Below are positions 9,573 to 19,024 of a stretch of 33,033 bases of DNA, piece by piece (the first letter of the stretch is position 1; each line of letters begins with the position of its first letter). The stretch covers positions 1,499 through 34,531 of the forward strand of contig QHOF01000001.1 of assembly GCA_003219335.1 (NCBI GenBank). The letters run 5' to 3'. This stretch comes from Verrucomicrobiota bacterium. GTDB lineage: Bacteria > Verrucomicrobiota > Verrucomicrobiia > Chthoniobacterales > UBA10450. The translations under genes and the position numbers were made by a program. The notes under the pieces were generated by a model. The model made no database searches. It saw only the letters and a list, made by a program, of their open reading frames with translations, and was not told where the DNA came from.

Positions 9573-10481
9573 ATGTATACCAGGATCCTGGCTCCGCTGG
9601 ATGGCTCCAAGACCGCGGAAAACGTATTGCCATTCGTTCGCTCGTTTGCGCGGAATTTACAGATTCCCGTCGAATTTTTTGCCGTTGTGGACGTGGTGAA
9701 TATGGCGCGCGACGTTTACGCAGCCGAAAGGTTATTTCTGGATTCATTGGTGGAAGACGAGGCTCGCAGGCTGGGCGAATATTTGAACGACGTTGCCAAG
9801 AATTTTCCCGTCGGCACCGTGCACTGGCGAGTGCAGCCGGGATCGCCGGCCGAGGCCATCATCGATGCGGCGTTAGCGGAAAAGGACGCGCTGATCGCGA
9901 TGGCGACCCACGGACGCTCAGGTCTTAACCGCTGGCTTCTTGGCAGCGTCGCCGAAAAGGTTCTTCGCGGCGCATCGAATCCGCTGCTCCTGGTAAGGGC
10001 CACGGAGAGCGCGCCGCAGTGGAGCATGGCGGCGCTCAAGTCGGTCATCGTTCCGCTGGACGGTTCAGAGACCGCCGAAAGGGTGCTGCCGTCCGCTGGG
10101 GCGTTGGCGAAGAGCCTCGATCTAGAAGTGGTCTTGCTACGCGTTTACGGCATTCCTTACGGCGCCTATTCCCCCGGCGAAGGATTGTACGATGCTATGC
10201 AAATGGAAAAATTCGCGGCCAGCCTCCGGGACGAGGGGAGCGCGTATCTCGAAGAAAAGGCGAAGGCGCTCCGAGGCCGCGGGGTCAAAAAGGTCTCGAC
10301 CATTGTCAAGGAGGGTCTTGACGCCGATGAGATCATTTCGTTGGCTCGCCAGACTCCCGACAATCTGATCGCCATGTGCACCCACGGGCGCTCCGGCGTG
10401 AAGCGCTGGGCATTGGGCAGCGTAACCGAAACCGTGGTGCGCCACTCCGGCGATCCGGTGTTAATCGTGCGCACCGCCTAA
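9573..10481 (+). CDS. Tandem-domain universal stress protein
   Basis: RBS GGAGG before ATG 9573. Two USP domains: ILAPLDGS...MATHGRSG...LGSVAEKV and IVPLDGS...MCTHGRSG...LGSVTETVV. Confidence 0.93.
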   Translation: MYTRILAPLDGSKTAENVLPFVRSFARNLQIPVEFFAVVDVVNMARDVYAAERLFLDSLVEDEARRLGEYLNDVAKNFPVGTVHWRVQPGSPAEAIIDAALAEKDALIAMATHGRSGLNRWLLGSVAEKVLRGASNPLLLVRATESAPQWSMAALKSVIVPLDGSETAERVLPSAGALAKSLDLEVVLLRVYGIPYGAYSPGEGLYDAMQMEKFAASLRDEGSAYLEEKAKALRGRGVKKVSTIVKEGLDADEIISLARQTPDNLIAMCTHGRSGVKRWALGSVTETVVRHSGDPVLIVRTA

Positions 10482-10589
10482 TTCGTCGGCTGACGAGGTC
10501 GTTCTCGCGTCTTGCACACGACCCAGTACCTTTCAAGCGGAGCTTTCAGCTTGCTGCCGTTATTGGCCGGGCAGTAATTAGGAGTGAGT

Positions 10590-12053
10590 TTAGAGAAGCG
10601 GTGATAACAGCCTTGCAACTGAATCCCGGAACCGGATCGCCGTGCCGCGCTTCCGGTAAGCCGCCGGGTCGAATTCGCTGCAGTATTCAAGGTCTCGCTC
10701 GAAATCGGTTTCAACTTCTTTGGCGATCCGCTCGCTGTAGAACACTGCGTTGAGCTCGTAGTTGATACTGAAGCTACGAATGTCGATATTCGCCGAGCCG
10801 ATCGAGCAAATATCAGAGTCGATGCTGATCGTCTTAGCATGCAGATAGCCCTTTTCGTACAGGAACACACGCACGCCGGCCGTCACGATCTCCTCGATAT
10901 AAGTGTTCCCTGCCCAATCGGGGAGTGTGTTGCCCGACGGGCGCGCGCTCACCATCACCTTGACGTTGACACCCGAGAGCGCCGCTGTTCTCAGAGCTTC
11001 GGCAAGGGTCGCGTCGGGAATGAAAAACGGTGATTGGAGATAAACATGTCGCTGTGCCGAAACAATCATGAAGGCGTAAAGCTGTCTAATCGCAGCCCAC
11101 TGCGAATCGGGACCCGACGTCAGGATCTGCACCGGAACGTCACCTTCCGCAGGGTCCGTTGCGTTAGCGGGAAAGTACTTGGCGTAAAATAGGTTCTCCC
11201 GGACGGCATTGTACCAGTCGACCATAAACACCGACTGTAGAACGGCTGCGCTTTCTCCCACAAGCCGGACCTGGGTGTCCCGCCAGGAGTCAAATCCTTC
11301 GCCACCATCGAGGTGCTCCTGTCCGATATTCATACCGCCGGTGTAACCGATGCGGCCGTCGATCACGGTGATCTTCCGATGATTGCGATAGCTGATCGTA
11401 TGCAGTTGGAAGGGCGGTGATGTGGGTGCCATTCGGATCCCCGCCGCGAGCATGTCTTTGACATAGCGGCGGCCCACATGCGCTTGGGATCCTATCGGAT
11501 CATAGAGCAGCCGGACTTCGATCCCTGCCTTGGCCTTCTCGGTCAAGATCTGCTTCAACCCGTCAGTGAATGGGTCCACCGCCCAGATGAAGTACTGGAG
11601 GTGGATCGAATGCTGTGCAGTCTCGATATCCTGGATCAGGCTTGGATAAAACTTGGCTGCGTCCTGTTGTATCTCTACGTGGTTGCGCGTTGTCAGTGCC
11701 GACAGAGAGTTCCGCCGCACCAGCATCGCGAGCTTTTTTCGGCCAATGCTTTGACTTTCCAACTGCGCCAGCTCCGCGTCCTGGCGGGAGAAAATGGGCG
11801 ACAGCAAAGGCAAAGCATTCGCTTCGAGATCTTGCATCCACAGCCTGCGACGTTTGCTGAAAGCCTTACTGTCTCTGCCAAAGAAGAGATAGATCAGCAG
11901 CCCGACTCCAGGGGCGAAGAAGAGAACCAGCATCCACGCCAAAGTCGATTGAGGTCTTCGGTTTTCCATCAGTAGGAATACGCCGGTTACCAGGGCATAA
12001 AGAAACAGCAGCGTCCACAGGATCGTAAAGATATGGCTCATGAGGAACTGCAT
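10590..12053 (-). CDS. cls: Cardiolipin synthase
   Basis: N-terminal TM hairpin (AWMLVLFFAPGVGLLIYLFFG) and two HKD motifs (HRKITVID, HAKTISID). Start set at ATG 12053 because the longer track start overlaps an nhaA relic. Confidence 0.93.
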   Translation of the reverse strand: MQFLMSHIFTILWTLLFLYALVTGVFLLMENRRPQSTLAWMLVLFFAPGVGLLIYLFFGRDSKAFSKRRRLWMQDLEANALPLLSPIFSRQDAELAQLESQSIGRKKLAMLVRRNSLSALTTRNHVEIQQDAAKFYPSLIQDIETAQHSIHLQYFIWAVDPFTDGLKQILTEKAKAGIEVRLLYDPIGSQAHVGRRYVKDMLAAGIRMAPTSPPFQLHTISYRNHRKITVIDGRIGYTGGMNIGQEHLDGGEGFDSWRDTQVRLVGESAAVLQSVFMVDWYNAVRENLFYAKYFPANATDPAEGDVPVQILTSGPDSQWAAIRQLYAFMIVSAQRHVYLQSPFFIPDATLAEALRTAALSGVNVKVMVSARPSGNTLPDWAGNTYIEEIVTAGVRVFLYEKGYLHAKTISIDSDICSIGSANIDIRSFSINYELNAVFYSERIAKEVETDFERDLEYCSEFDPAAYRKRGTAIRFRDSVARLLSPLL

Positions 12054-12105
12054 AACTACGTGGCCAAACTCTTGTGCTTCGTTGATGACTCGACTGCTGT
12101 GTCCG

Positions 12106-12316
12106 CTACATCGGTCGTTTATTTTCGCCGGACGCCGACTCTGCGGCGAACCAGAGCATTGAGGTGCCAATTCCGCCCGCGATCAAAGACGCAAGAAAGG
12201 TTCCGATCTTCGCAGCGGCGAAATCCGATTCGTCCGGCAATCTAGAGAGAAATGGTGAAACCGATGCCGGCGAGCGCTCCCGCGCCGAGTAGTTGCCGCC
12301 ACGAATATTCCTCGGA
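12106..12316 (-). pseudogene. nhaA: Na+/H+ antiporter NhaA C-terminal remnant
   Basis: SEEYSWRQLLGAGALAGIGFTISL*IAG (premature TAG at 12242-12244), then after a frameshift DFAAAKIGTFLASLIAGGIG...* (stop 12106-12108). GIGFTMSLFI...AKIG is the NhaA signature. Confidence 0.8.
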
Positions 12317-13087
12317 CCAGCCGAGCGGCGAGTGGCGAAAGAGGTATAGCTCCCCCATTACACCACAGCGATGGGGGCATCAGACTACCCAGCATGTGAT
12401 CGAGCCGGCCATTTACCAGCGGATCCAGTCTATATATGTCGCGGCAAAACGCGACGAGTTGTTCGAGAGGTGTGTTCAAAGTTGTTCCGTAGTCTTCAGA
12501 TCGTTCGGAGAACCAGGACCGGAACGCGAGTTTTGGACGACCTTTGCAATGACGCTGCTAAGGACCCACCGATCGATGACCTTCCGTGAGTCGTGGCTAT
12601 CATCTCTCAATGTCAGCGCTGCAGGGTTCCGATATAGTCAGCGATCACTTTGGCCTTTAATAGAGTCGTCAGTTCCTTGTATCTTTCTTTTTCAAGCTCC
12701 TGCTGAAAAACCTCGCCCCAGACCGGCATCTAATGCGTTCTTGCTCACTATCCAAGACGTGGAGGAGCATAGCCTGTGCCAAAACCGGCTCCAGAATTGT
12801 TTAACAATTCTAGATGAAATAGTCGATTTGTTCTTCGCAGCGCTGAAAAAACAAAAAACGCTTTCGTCAAACTTAACAAAAACACATCAACGTTTAGAAA
12901 ACGACGTGGTTTACGTCCTTTGACCGACATAGATCTTGCGCAACCCGAATATCAGGCTGTGTGTTGTCCAATCGACGTCATGACCTTTCTCCTTCAGAAC
13001 CTCAGTCAGAAGCTGACAGAAAGTTTTGTCGTCATCTACAATCAAGATCCGCATTTCACGCAGACTCTCCAATAGAACCGGCCTGGA

Positions 13088-13290
13088 TCATGAGTGGGCC
13101 TTATGATGGCGCTGTTTCACCGGCGGAGCATCGGAATCTTTCCAATCCTGATAGGCAGCTAAGAGGAATACAACGCTCCCGCCAAATGACCACAGTAACG
13201 TTGTAGTAGCTATACAAGAAAGGGTTGACAAGCGTGAGAAACCCAAGCACCGTGACAATCCAATCGTCAAGGCACGTGAGGACTGCGCAA
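13088..13290 (-). pseudogene. Small membrane protein remnant (SPW-repeat-like)
   Basis: DWIVTVLGFLTLVNPFLYSY, frameshift, then FGGSVVFLLAAYQDW...*. Resemblance judged by eye only. Confidence 0.35.
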
Positions 13291-13349
13291 TACTACTTAC
13301 GTTTGCGATGCCCTGAGCATCCCAACGAATATCTGTGAGAGGGAATAAC

Positions 13350-14324
13350 TCAGCTAGCTGTTCCTCCCGACTTTATTGGGGGACAGCTCAAATATCCCGT
13401 TTCGTTGAGGCGGTACAGCAGCATGTGAAAGTAAGTAAGTCCGGCGTAAGGTTTCCATTTGGCGAGCACCCGGCGCGTACCGTTGTAATCCAGGGGCTTC
13501 CTGAGGCCAAGCCATTGTTGTAAAGTATTCCGCGCGCCCACGTCGTCGCCAGGAAAAATATGCAGCCGGTCTAGGCCCCGTAGTAAAACGTATTCAGCCG
13601 TCCAGCGCCCCATGTTATGGAGTCCTTGTAGTTGCTCGACGGCCGACTCATCATCCAGAGAAGCTAAGCCGTCCCTATCTAGGTTGTCTGTGACAATAGC
13701 GCGACTCAGTTCGATTATTGCTCCCGCCTTTTGTCGACTAAATCCGAGGCCCCGCAATAGCTTCGGCTTGAGTGCGGCGAGGTCTTCTGGCCTGGGGAAG
13801 GCGCGGGCGCCGATTCCTGCCTGGTTGAAAGATACGCCGAAGTTTTCGGAGAGGCGATTGAGCATTTGAATGCCAGAGGCGAGGGTGAATTGTTGACAAG
13901 CAATGCCGTTGACCAAAGCCTCAAACAAGGAGGGAAACTGGGGCGGCTTAAGTCCACGAAAGCGTCGGGCGAGTATCGCGAGCCTTCTATCATTCGCAGC
14001 ATACCGATAGAAGCCCTTGAGATCTACTTGCAAGCCCAACATCCGGTTTAATGTCTCGGTTACACCTGACTTCACTTCGGGCCCGAATGGTACACCAGTC
14101 ACGGTGGCCTGAAGTCGTGGCGCAGTCATTGAGCCTATCTGTGTAACGGCAATTTCCACAGGCTTGCCGTTCAGCATCAGCGCTCTGCGAAATGTTTTCC
14201 CGTCCCATCGATCCATTTTGTTCTCTGGCCAGCGGCGCAGCGCCCAGACCGTGAGATCAAGCCGGAACGGTGGAACCACTTTGAGCGGGAAACGGGGCTC
14301 CCCTTCTGCTTGGGTTGGTCTCAT
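13350..14324 (-). CDS. alkA: DNA-3-methyladenine glycosylase II (AlkA/HhH-GPD family)
   Basis: FEALVNGIACQQ, FPRPEDLA, HhH LQGLHNMGRWTAEYVLLRG and FPGDDVG motifs. Confidence 0.88.
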   Translation of the reverse strand: MRPTQAEGEPRFPLKVVPPFRLDLTVWALRRWPENKMDRWDGKTFRRALMLNGKPVEIAVTQIGSMTAPRLQATVTGVPFGPEVKSGVTETLNRMLGLQVDLKGFYRYAANDRRLAILARRFRGLKPPQFPSLFEALVNGIACQQFTLASGIQMLNRLSENFGVSFNQAGIGARAFPRPEDLAALKPKLLRGLGFSRQKAGAIIELSRAIVTDNLDRDGLASLDDESAVEQLQGLHNMGRWTAEYVLLRGLDRLHIFPGDDVGARNTLQQWLGLRKPLDYNGTRRVLAKWKPYAGLTYFHMLLYRLNETGYLSCPPIKSGGTAS

Positions 14325-14333
14325 AACGCTGCA

Positions 14334-15323
14334 TTAACGAGTGCCGAGCTCGATTTTTTCTCTAACGGTAGCCAAGGTTTTCTCTGCAATAGACCGAACC
14401 TTGGAAGCTCCCTCGGCAAGTACCGAATCAACGTAGTTAGCTTCAGCGATTAAGGCGCGATACCGGGACTGCAGAGGCTGTAGACTTTCGATAATGACTT
14501 CTGCTAGTTCTCGCTTGAACTCTGCGTAGCCTTTTCCTTCAAAACGCGCTTCTATTTCCGATGTGCTGAGTCCGGTGAAAAGTTGGTAGATCGTCAGCAG
14601 GTTGTAGATTCCGGGTCGGCTCGCATCGAAACGAATCTCACGCCGGGAATCCGTCACTGCGCTCATGATTTTCCAGCGAATCTCATCCGAAGAATCAAGC
14701 AAGTGAATTGCATGGGCAGAACGTATTTCACTTTTACTCATTTTTTTAGTCGGATCGTTTAACGCCATGATGCGTGCCCCTAATTTCGGGATGGATGGTT
14801 CCGGCAGCGTAAACGTCTGTCCATAGAACGAATTGAATCGCCGCGCCACGTCACGGGTCAGTTCCAAATGTTGCTTCTGATCCTCACCAACCGGAACGAG
14901 ATCGGTTTGGTATAACAGAATGTCGGCGGCCATCAGCGCAGGGTAAATAAAAAGGCCGACCGGAACCGATTCCTTTTGCTTTTGCGATTTTTCCTTAAAC
15001 TGAGTCATCCGCTGCATCCACCCCATCGGGATGAAACAGCTTAAGATCCAGGCGAGTTCGGCATGAGCGCTGATATGCGACTGAACAAAGACTGCCGATT
15101 GTTTGAGATCTACGCCGGAAGCAAGTAGGAGAGCTGCGATCTCGCGGGTCTTGGCCTTTAGAGTCTCAGGTTCTTGTGGAATGCTGATAGCATGCAAGTC
15201 GACAATGCAAAAGATGTTTTCGAATTCCGCCTGCGTTGCTACCCAATGTCGTATCGCACCCAGATAGTTTCCAATGTAGATGCTGCCTGTTGGTTGGATA
15301 CCAGAAAATACTCGCTTCTTCAT
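14334..15323 (-). CDS. trpS: Tryptophan--tRNA ligase
   Basis: SGIQPTG, VDLHA, YPALMAADILLY, VPVGEDQKQH, KMSKS. The HIGH-equivalent reads YIGN. Confidence 0.95.
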   Translation of the reverse strand: MKKRVFSGIQPTGSIYIGNYLGAIRHWVATQAEFENIFCIVDLHAISIPQEPETLKAKTREIAALLLASGVDLKQSAVFVQSHISAHAELAWILSCFIPMGWMQRMTQFKEKSQKQKESVPVGLFIYPALMAADILLYQTDLVPVGEDQKQHLELTRDVARRFNSFYGQTFTLPEPSIPKLGARIMALNDPTKKMSKSEIRSAHAIHLLDSSDEIRWKIMSAVTDSRREIRFDASRPGIYNLLTIYQLFTGLSTSEIEARFEGKGYAEFKRELAEVIIESLQPLQSRYRALIAEANYVDSVLAEGASKVRSIAEKTLATVREKIELGTR

Positions 15324-15589
15324 CCTTTTTGGAAATCTCTTCAGGCCACTCTCATACGGGCTTCAGCGCCTGTTCGAACAAACGTCGCGTCTCGTCCGGA
15401 CAGCCCTCGCCATAACAAGGCAATGTGTCTACCCCGACTATTTGCGGTCTTTCATGACAGGAAAGACGATGGGCAGCCGCAAGCGCGTACCAATCGGCAA
15501 GCATCACTGTTGGCGTCCCATGGACTTTGTAATGTTCCCGCCCCAGCTGCGACTCAAAGCCGCGCCTTTCCGTCAAGCACAAGAGAACT

Positions 15590-17191
15590 TCAGATATTGG
15601 CAAGCTCGCCGAAATATTCCTGATCCTCGTTATATCCTCCTTCGCCTTGGCCAATGGACTCGACGCTTTCTACGAATTCGATTGACCGAATCCACTTGAC
15701 CATCTTGAAGCCAAGTTGGTTCTCAACTCTGAGCCGCAAGGGCGCGCCATGCAGGTCACCGAGCGGCTTAAAATTCATCTCGTAGGCGAGCAAGCTTTGC
15801 GGGTGCCGGAGATTCGCAATCGAGTGACTGTCGTAGTATTGGCCTCCCTCCAGTCCTTCTCCGAAGGAATAGAAAACAACGATCCGCGCATTCGGCTTTG
15901 GTCGGACCAGACGCATTAACTCACTCGTCGGCAACCCGCCCCACTCGGCGATGCCCGACCAACCCTGGATACAATGGTGTAGCGTGGTCTGCCTCTTCAC
16001 GCCCATCGCTTTGAGATCATCTAACGAAAGTTCAGCGGGGTTTTCGACCAGGCCGTTTACTTTCAGCCGATAATCCTTGAAATTTTCCGCAGCCAACGTC
16101 TTCCACTCTTTAGAGGTGGGTACCTTACCGTTGGGCCAGAGAAAAGGAGAGATCTCCCGGCGGTCGAACTCGGCGGATGGTGCCGCGTTATTGAGAAGGA
16201 ACTCCATCGCCGGCGTGACAACGGCCTTCGCGAGATGCTGGACGGCTCTGGGACGTCTCCAGGCCAACCAGTTAGCGAAGACATTCACAACTATGATGAT
16301 GCCGATCCCCAGGAGACCCAGAAACAAACCGAGCCGGCGGGAGTCGTCCGTTCCGAGCACGATGTGGTTCATGTTCCGGACAAAGCCGGTGGCCGACACC
16401 ATGGCTACGTGTACAACGATAAAGAGGACAAAGGCACACATCACGAAGAAATGAAGCGATCGGCCGATTTGCCGGTTGCCCGGCAGCTTCGGATACCATC
16501 TGAAGCGATTCGTCAAGGCTGGCGACATCGACGGGCCGGTGAGAATCGCTAAAGGGGCCAAAACAAAGATAACAGCGAAGTAAGTCAGTTGTTGAAGCGC
16601 ATTATAGCGGTAAAAGCCCAACTCCGGCGGCAAATGAAAAGTTGCATAGTGAACAAAAACAGCCCAGGCGTCAGGCACAACCTGCCACGTGGTGGGCACT
16701 AGGCGTTTCCACTGCTCAGTGCTGAACAACAGGATGACATAGACTAGGCCATTGATCACCCAAAAGAGAACACTAAGAAAATGCCAGTGTCGAGCCATGC
16801 CAACGGTATGCCGGTAACCTGGCAGGCCGATCCACGGAGAAAGGTACCGCGAGTCGTCCTTGGCAGTCCAGACGCGATCTTTCGGCACCTCGAGCGGTGT
16901 GAACCGAAGCCACTCCGTGCCAGGAGTGCAGTGAACATTCCAGTAGAGCCGGGGGTGGTCGACAAAAATTTGCAGGCCACTGCGGATCAGAAGGATGATG
17001 AAAAAGAAATTGATGTAGTGGGTGAAACGAAGCCATGCTGGAAACCCCTGGGGAGCCATAGTTTTGACGAAAGCCTGACGACTCGGCGGCAGTGCGGGGA
17101 GACCAAGCAGTGCCCATTGGATGTAAGCCGCCACGACCAGGAGCACTAAAGGTACAATCACAAGCAGCGGTATAGTGAGTCGGATACGCAT
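15590..17191 (-). CDS. Fused cytochrome b/b6-like membrane domain + sulfite oxidase-family molybdopterin oxidoreductase
   Basis: TM domain with heme His residues (RFTHYIN, RHWHF, RSLHFF, VHV) and YNALQQL. C-terminal Moco domain HHCIQGWS, LAYEMN, HGAPLRLRV, GFKMVKWI. Confidence 0.88.
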   Translation of the reverse strand: MRIRLTIPLLVIVPLVLLVVAAYIQWALLGLPALPPSRQAFVKTMAPQGFPAWLRFTHYINFFFIILLIRSGLQIFVDHPRLYWNVHCTPGTEWLRFTPLEVPKDRVWTAKDDSRYLSPWIGLPGYRHTVGMARHWHFLSVLFWVINGLVYVILLFSTEQWKRLVPTTWQVVPDAWAVFVHYATFHLPPELGFYRYNALQQLTYFAVIFVLAPLAILTGPSMSPALTNRFRWYPKLPGNRQIGRSLHFFVMCAFVLFIVVHVAMVSATGFVRNMNHIVLGTDDSRRLGLFLGLLGIGIIIVVNVFANWLAWRRPRAVQHLAKAVVTPAMEFLLNNAAPSAEFDRREISPFLWPNGKVPTSKEWKTLAAENFKDYRLKVNGLVENPAELSLDDLKAMGVKRQTTLHHCIQGWSGIAEWGGLPTSELMRLVRPKPNARIVVFYSFGEGLEGGQYYDSHSIANLRHPQSLLAYEMNFKPLGDLHGAPLRLRVENQLGFKMVKWIRSIEFVESVESIGQGEGGYNEDQEYFGELANI

Positions 17192-17445
17192 AGCTCTCTA
17201 TCTCTCAGCAAAAACCCGTTAGTAGCTTTATCCACGAAACTAGAGCGTCGCTCCCGAGTTTCTTGATTAGAGCGATCAAACCATATCTCCTTTGGTTTTA
17301 TTCATTCTCGGATTCCAAGGCACCTCATCGCAGGTCTTCGAGAAGCTCTTTTAAAGCCATCGCGTTATTGTGTTCTTTGTCTCGCGCGCCGTAAAGTAAA
17401 ATGAGCGGCAGCTGTGATATGTTGCCAGACCGCCTTATCAGGAGC

Positions 17446-17952
17446 TTATTCAACAACCCAAACGGTGAGGTTGTGGGCGTTGCGGACCAATTCGTCTGCC
17501 ACGTGATGGTGGAAAAGTTCTTTAAGCCAGGAGAACGATTTTCTCCCGACTACGACCGTGTTGCATTTGTTCAATCGTCCCGCATCTAAGATATCACCGG
17601 CCAAGCCTTTGCTTTTGACATCAATCCAAAACTCCGTGTTTACGGCTTTAGCGGGAAGTCGTGCCTTCTTAAAAGTTGATTTTGCTTTTTTCAATATCGG
17701 TAATGCCTTTGTTTTGGCTTTTTCAATCCATTGTTCGCGTTTATCTTTGAGTTCGTTCTCCAGTTTCTCCTCCCTCTCAGGATCCTCCGACCCTCCGAAT
17801 TCCGTTAGTTCCGGCGGCAGGGGTCCAAGCACATTCAGCAAGCAAATAGTAAAGTCTCTCTTTCCCGCGATCATGTTGGCTACATAGTTAACCGCCCGCA
17901 TCGAGGCCTTTGAATCATCCACAGCGACGAGAATCCTGTTTTTTCTGTTCAT
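17446..17952 (-). CDS. Universal stress protein (single domain)
   Basis: ILVAVDDSKAS...VVVGRKS...HVADELVR...VWVVE. Confidence 0.9.
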   Translation of the reverse strand: MNRKNRILVAVDDSKASMRAVNYVANMIAGKRDFTICLLNVLGPLPPELTEFGGSEDPEREEKLENELKDKREQWIEKAKTKALPILKKAKSTFKKARLPAKAVNTEFWIDVKSKGLAGDILDAGRLNKCNTVVVGRKSFSWLKELFHHHVADELVRNAHNLTVWVVE

Positions 17953-18100
17953 TTAACTCTTGTCTGTTAAGAGTTTTTTTTCGTACTACACCCTAAACCC
18001 TCTGTGCGAAGACTATGTCCACATCTGGCTCTGCCTTCACCGGACAGACAGGCCAGACAAAACCTCACGCCTGAACTGAGTGCGATCCCCGTTAAAGCAA

Positions 18101-18271
18101 TTATTTTTTGCTTTCGCCCAGAGATTTTTTTAGAAGTTCCAAAGTATTCTTCTTAGCTTCTTCCACCGATTGGCCGGCCGCTTTGGCTGCCTCCGCGAAG
18201 GTCTTATCAGTGATATTTTTGGCACTGCCTCCATCGTTGTCCGGCAATTCGCACCCGCAATTGTAACACAT
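18101..18271 (-). CDS. Small (56 aa) protein with N-terminal CxxCxC motif
   Basis: RBS AGGAGG (18279-18284) and ATG 18271: MCYNCGCELPDNDGGSAKNITDKTFAEAAKAAGQSVEEAKKNTLELLKKSLGESKK. Confidence 0.8.
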   Translation of the reverse strand: MCYNCGCELPDNDGGSAKNITDKTFAEAAKAAGQSVEEAKKNTLELLKKSLGESKK

Positions 18272-18364
18272 ATAGAAACCTCCTCTTTTCCGAGATCGAC
18301 CCGTATTATTCTGTAAAGATCGAGCCTGCCCCCGCGATTTCAACAAACTAAAACCGCCGATTGT

Positions 18365-18410
18365 CCGCGCCTCAGACCATGGAGCAAAACCTCCAGCTCT
18401 AAGGGCGCAG
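18365..18410 (-). other. Long imperfect hairpin between dodecin and the small Cys protein gene
   Basis: On the minus strand CTGCGCCCTTAGAGCTGGAG-GTTTTG-CTCCATGGTCTGAGGCGCGG pairs over about 17 bp, including G-U pairs. Confidence 0.45.
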
Positions 18411-18424
18411 TCCGACTCAGCACC

Positions 18425-18634
18425 TTACTCCTCTAACGTGAAGCCTATGTTCAATATGACCTGATAATGCGCTACCTTCCCGTCTTCGATCTGCCCGCGT
18501 GTTTCGGTGACCTCGAACCAATCAAGGTTACGGACCGTTTTGGCAGCTTTCGCGATGGCTGTTTCGATGGCATCCTCAATACTGGTACTAGAAGACCCGG
18601 CGAGCTGAATGATTTTATAGACATGGTTACTCAT
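18425..18634 (-). CDS. Dodecin (flavin-binding protein)
   Basis: MSNHVYKIIQLAGSS..SIEDAIETAI..A.KTVRNLDWFEVTETRG.IEDGKVAHYQV.LNIGFTLE; RBS GGAGG. Confidence 0.95.
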   Translation of the reverse strand: MSNHVYKIIQLAGSSSTSIEDAIETAIAKAAKTVRNLDWFEVTETRGQIEDGKVAHYQVILNIGFTLEE

Positions 18635-19007
18635 TGTTTGTTCCTCCCCTGACGCCCGACGGGCGTGCTCCTTACTGTTTCAATCTTCAATTGTCCAGCG
18701 TCTTCCACGCTGGCGAACTCTGCATGCTGTTCCATCACCATTTCCGGTTAACGACGTACAACGCAAATACGACGCCAGTTTTTCGAATGACCAGCATTGC
18801 TTTCACTTCCGTGCGATCACGTAGACTTTTTGCTCGGACGAATAAACTCTTGGTACCACTTCGTGGAGACATACCTGGGTTATGCAGCCTGGTCCGCTTG
18901 CGATGCCATACAATAACGCTTCAATTGCCGCACGTTTTTGCCACAATCTCTGCGCTCTTTCCTCGGTCTGTTCAATGGCAAACACTGATCTGCTCATCCC
19001 AGATTTT

Positions 19008-19024
19008 CCGGCACTTTTATTGCG
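19008..19024 (+). promoter_or_regulatory. Candidate sigma54 (-24/-12) promoter
   Basis: CCGGCACTTTTATTGCG with GG(19010-11)-N10-GC(19022-23), flanked by GGCAC and TTGC; oriented toward the glucoamylase gene. Confidence 0.4.

Noticed and set aside
12252..12923. 223-aa plus-strand ORF
   Set aside because: No recognisable motif, and it overlaps the nhaA relic on the opposite strand.
15352..15354. TGA after ALKPV as a second Sec codon
   Set aside because: No redox motif context, no clear hairpin seen, and read-through would run into trpS out of frame.
17263..17279. TTGAT-N7-ATCAA FNR-like box
   Set aside because: Spacer is 7 nt instead of 4.
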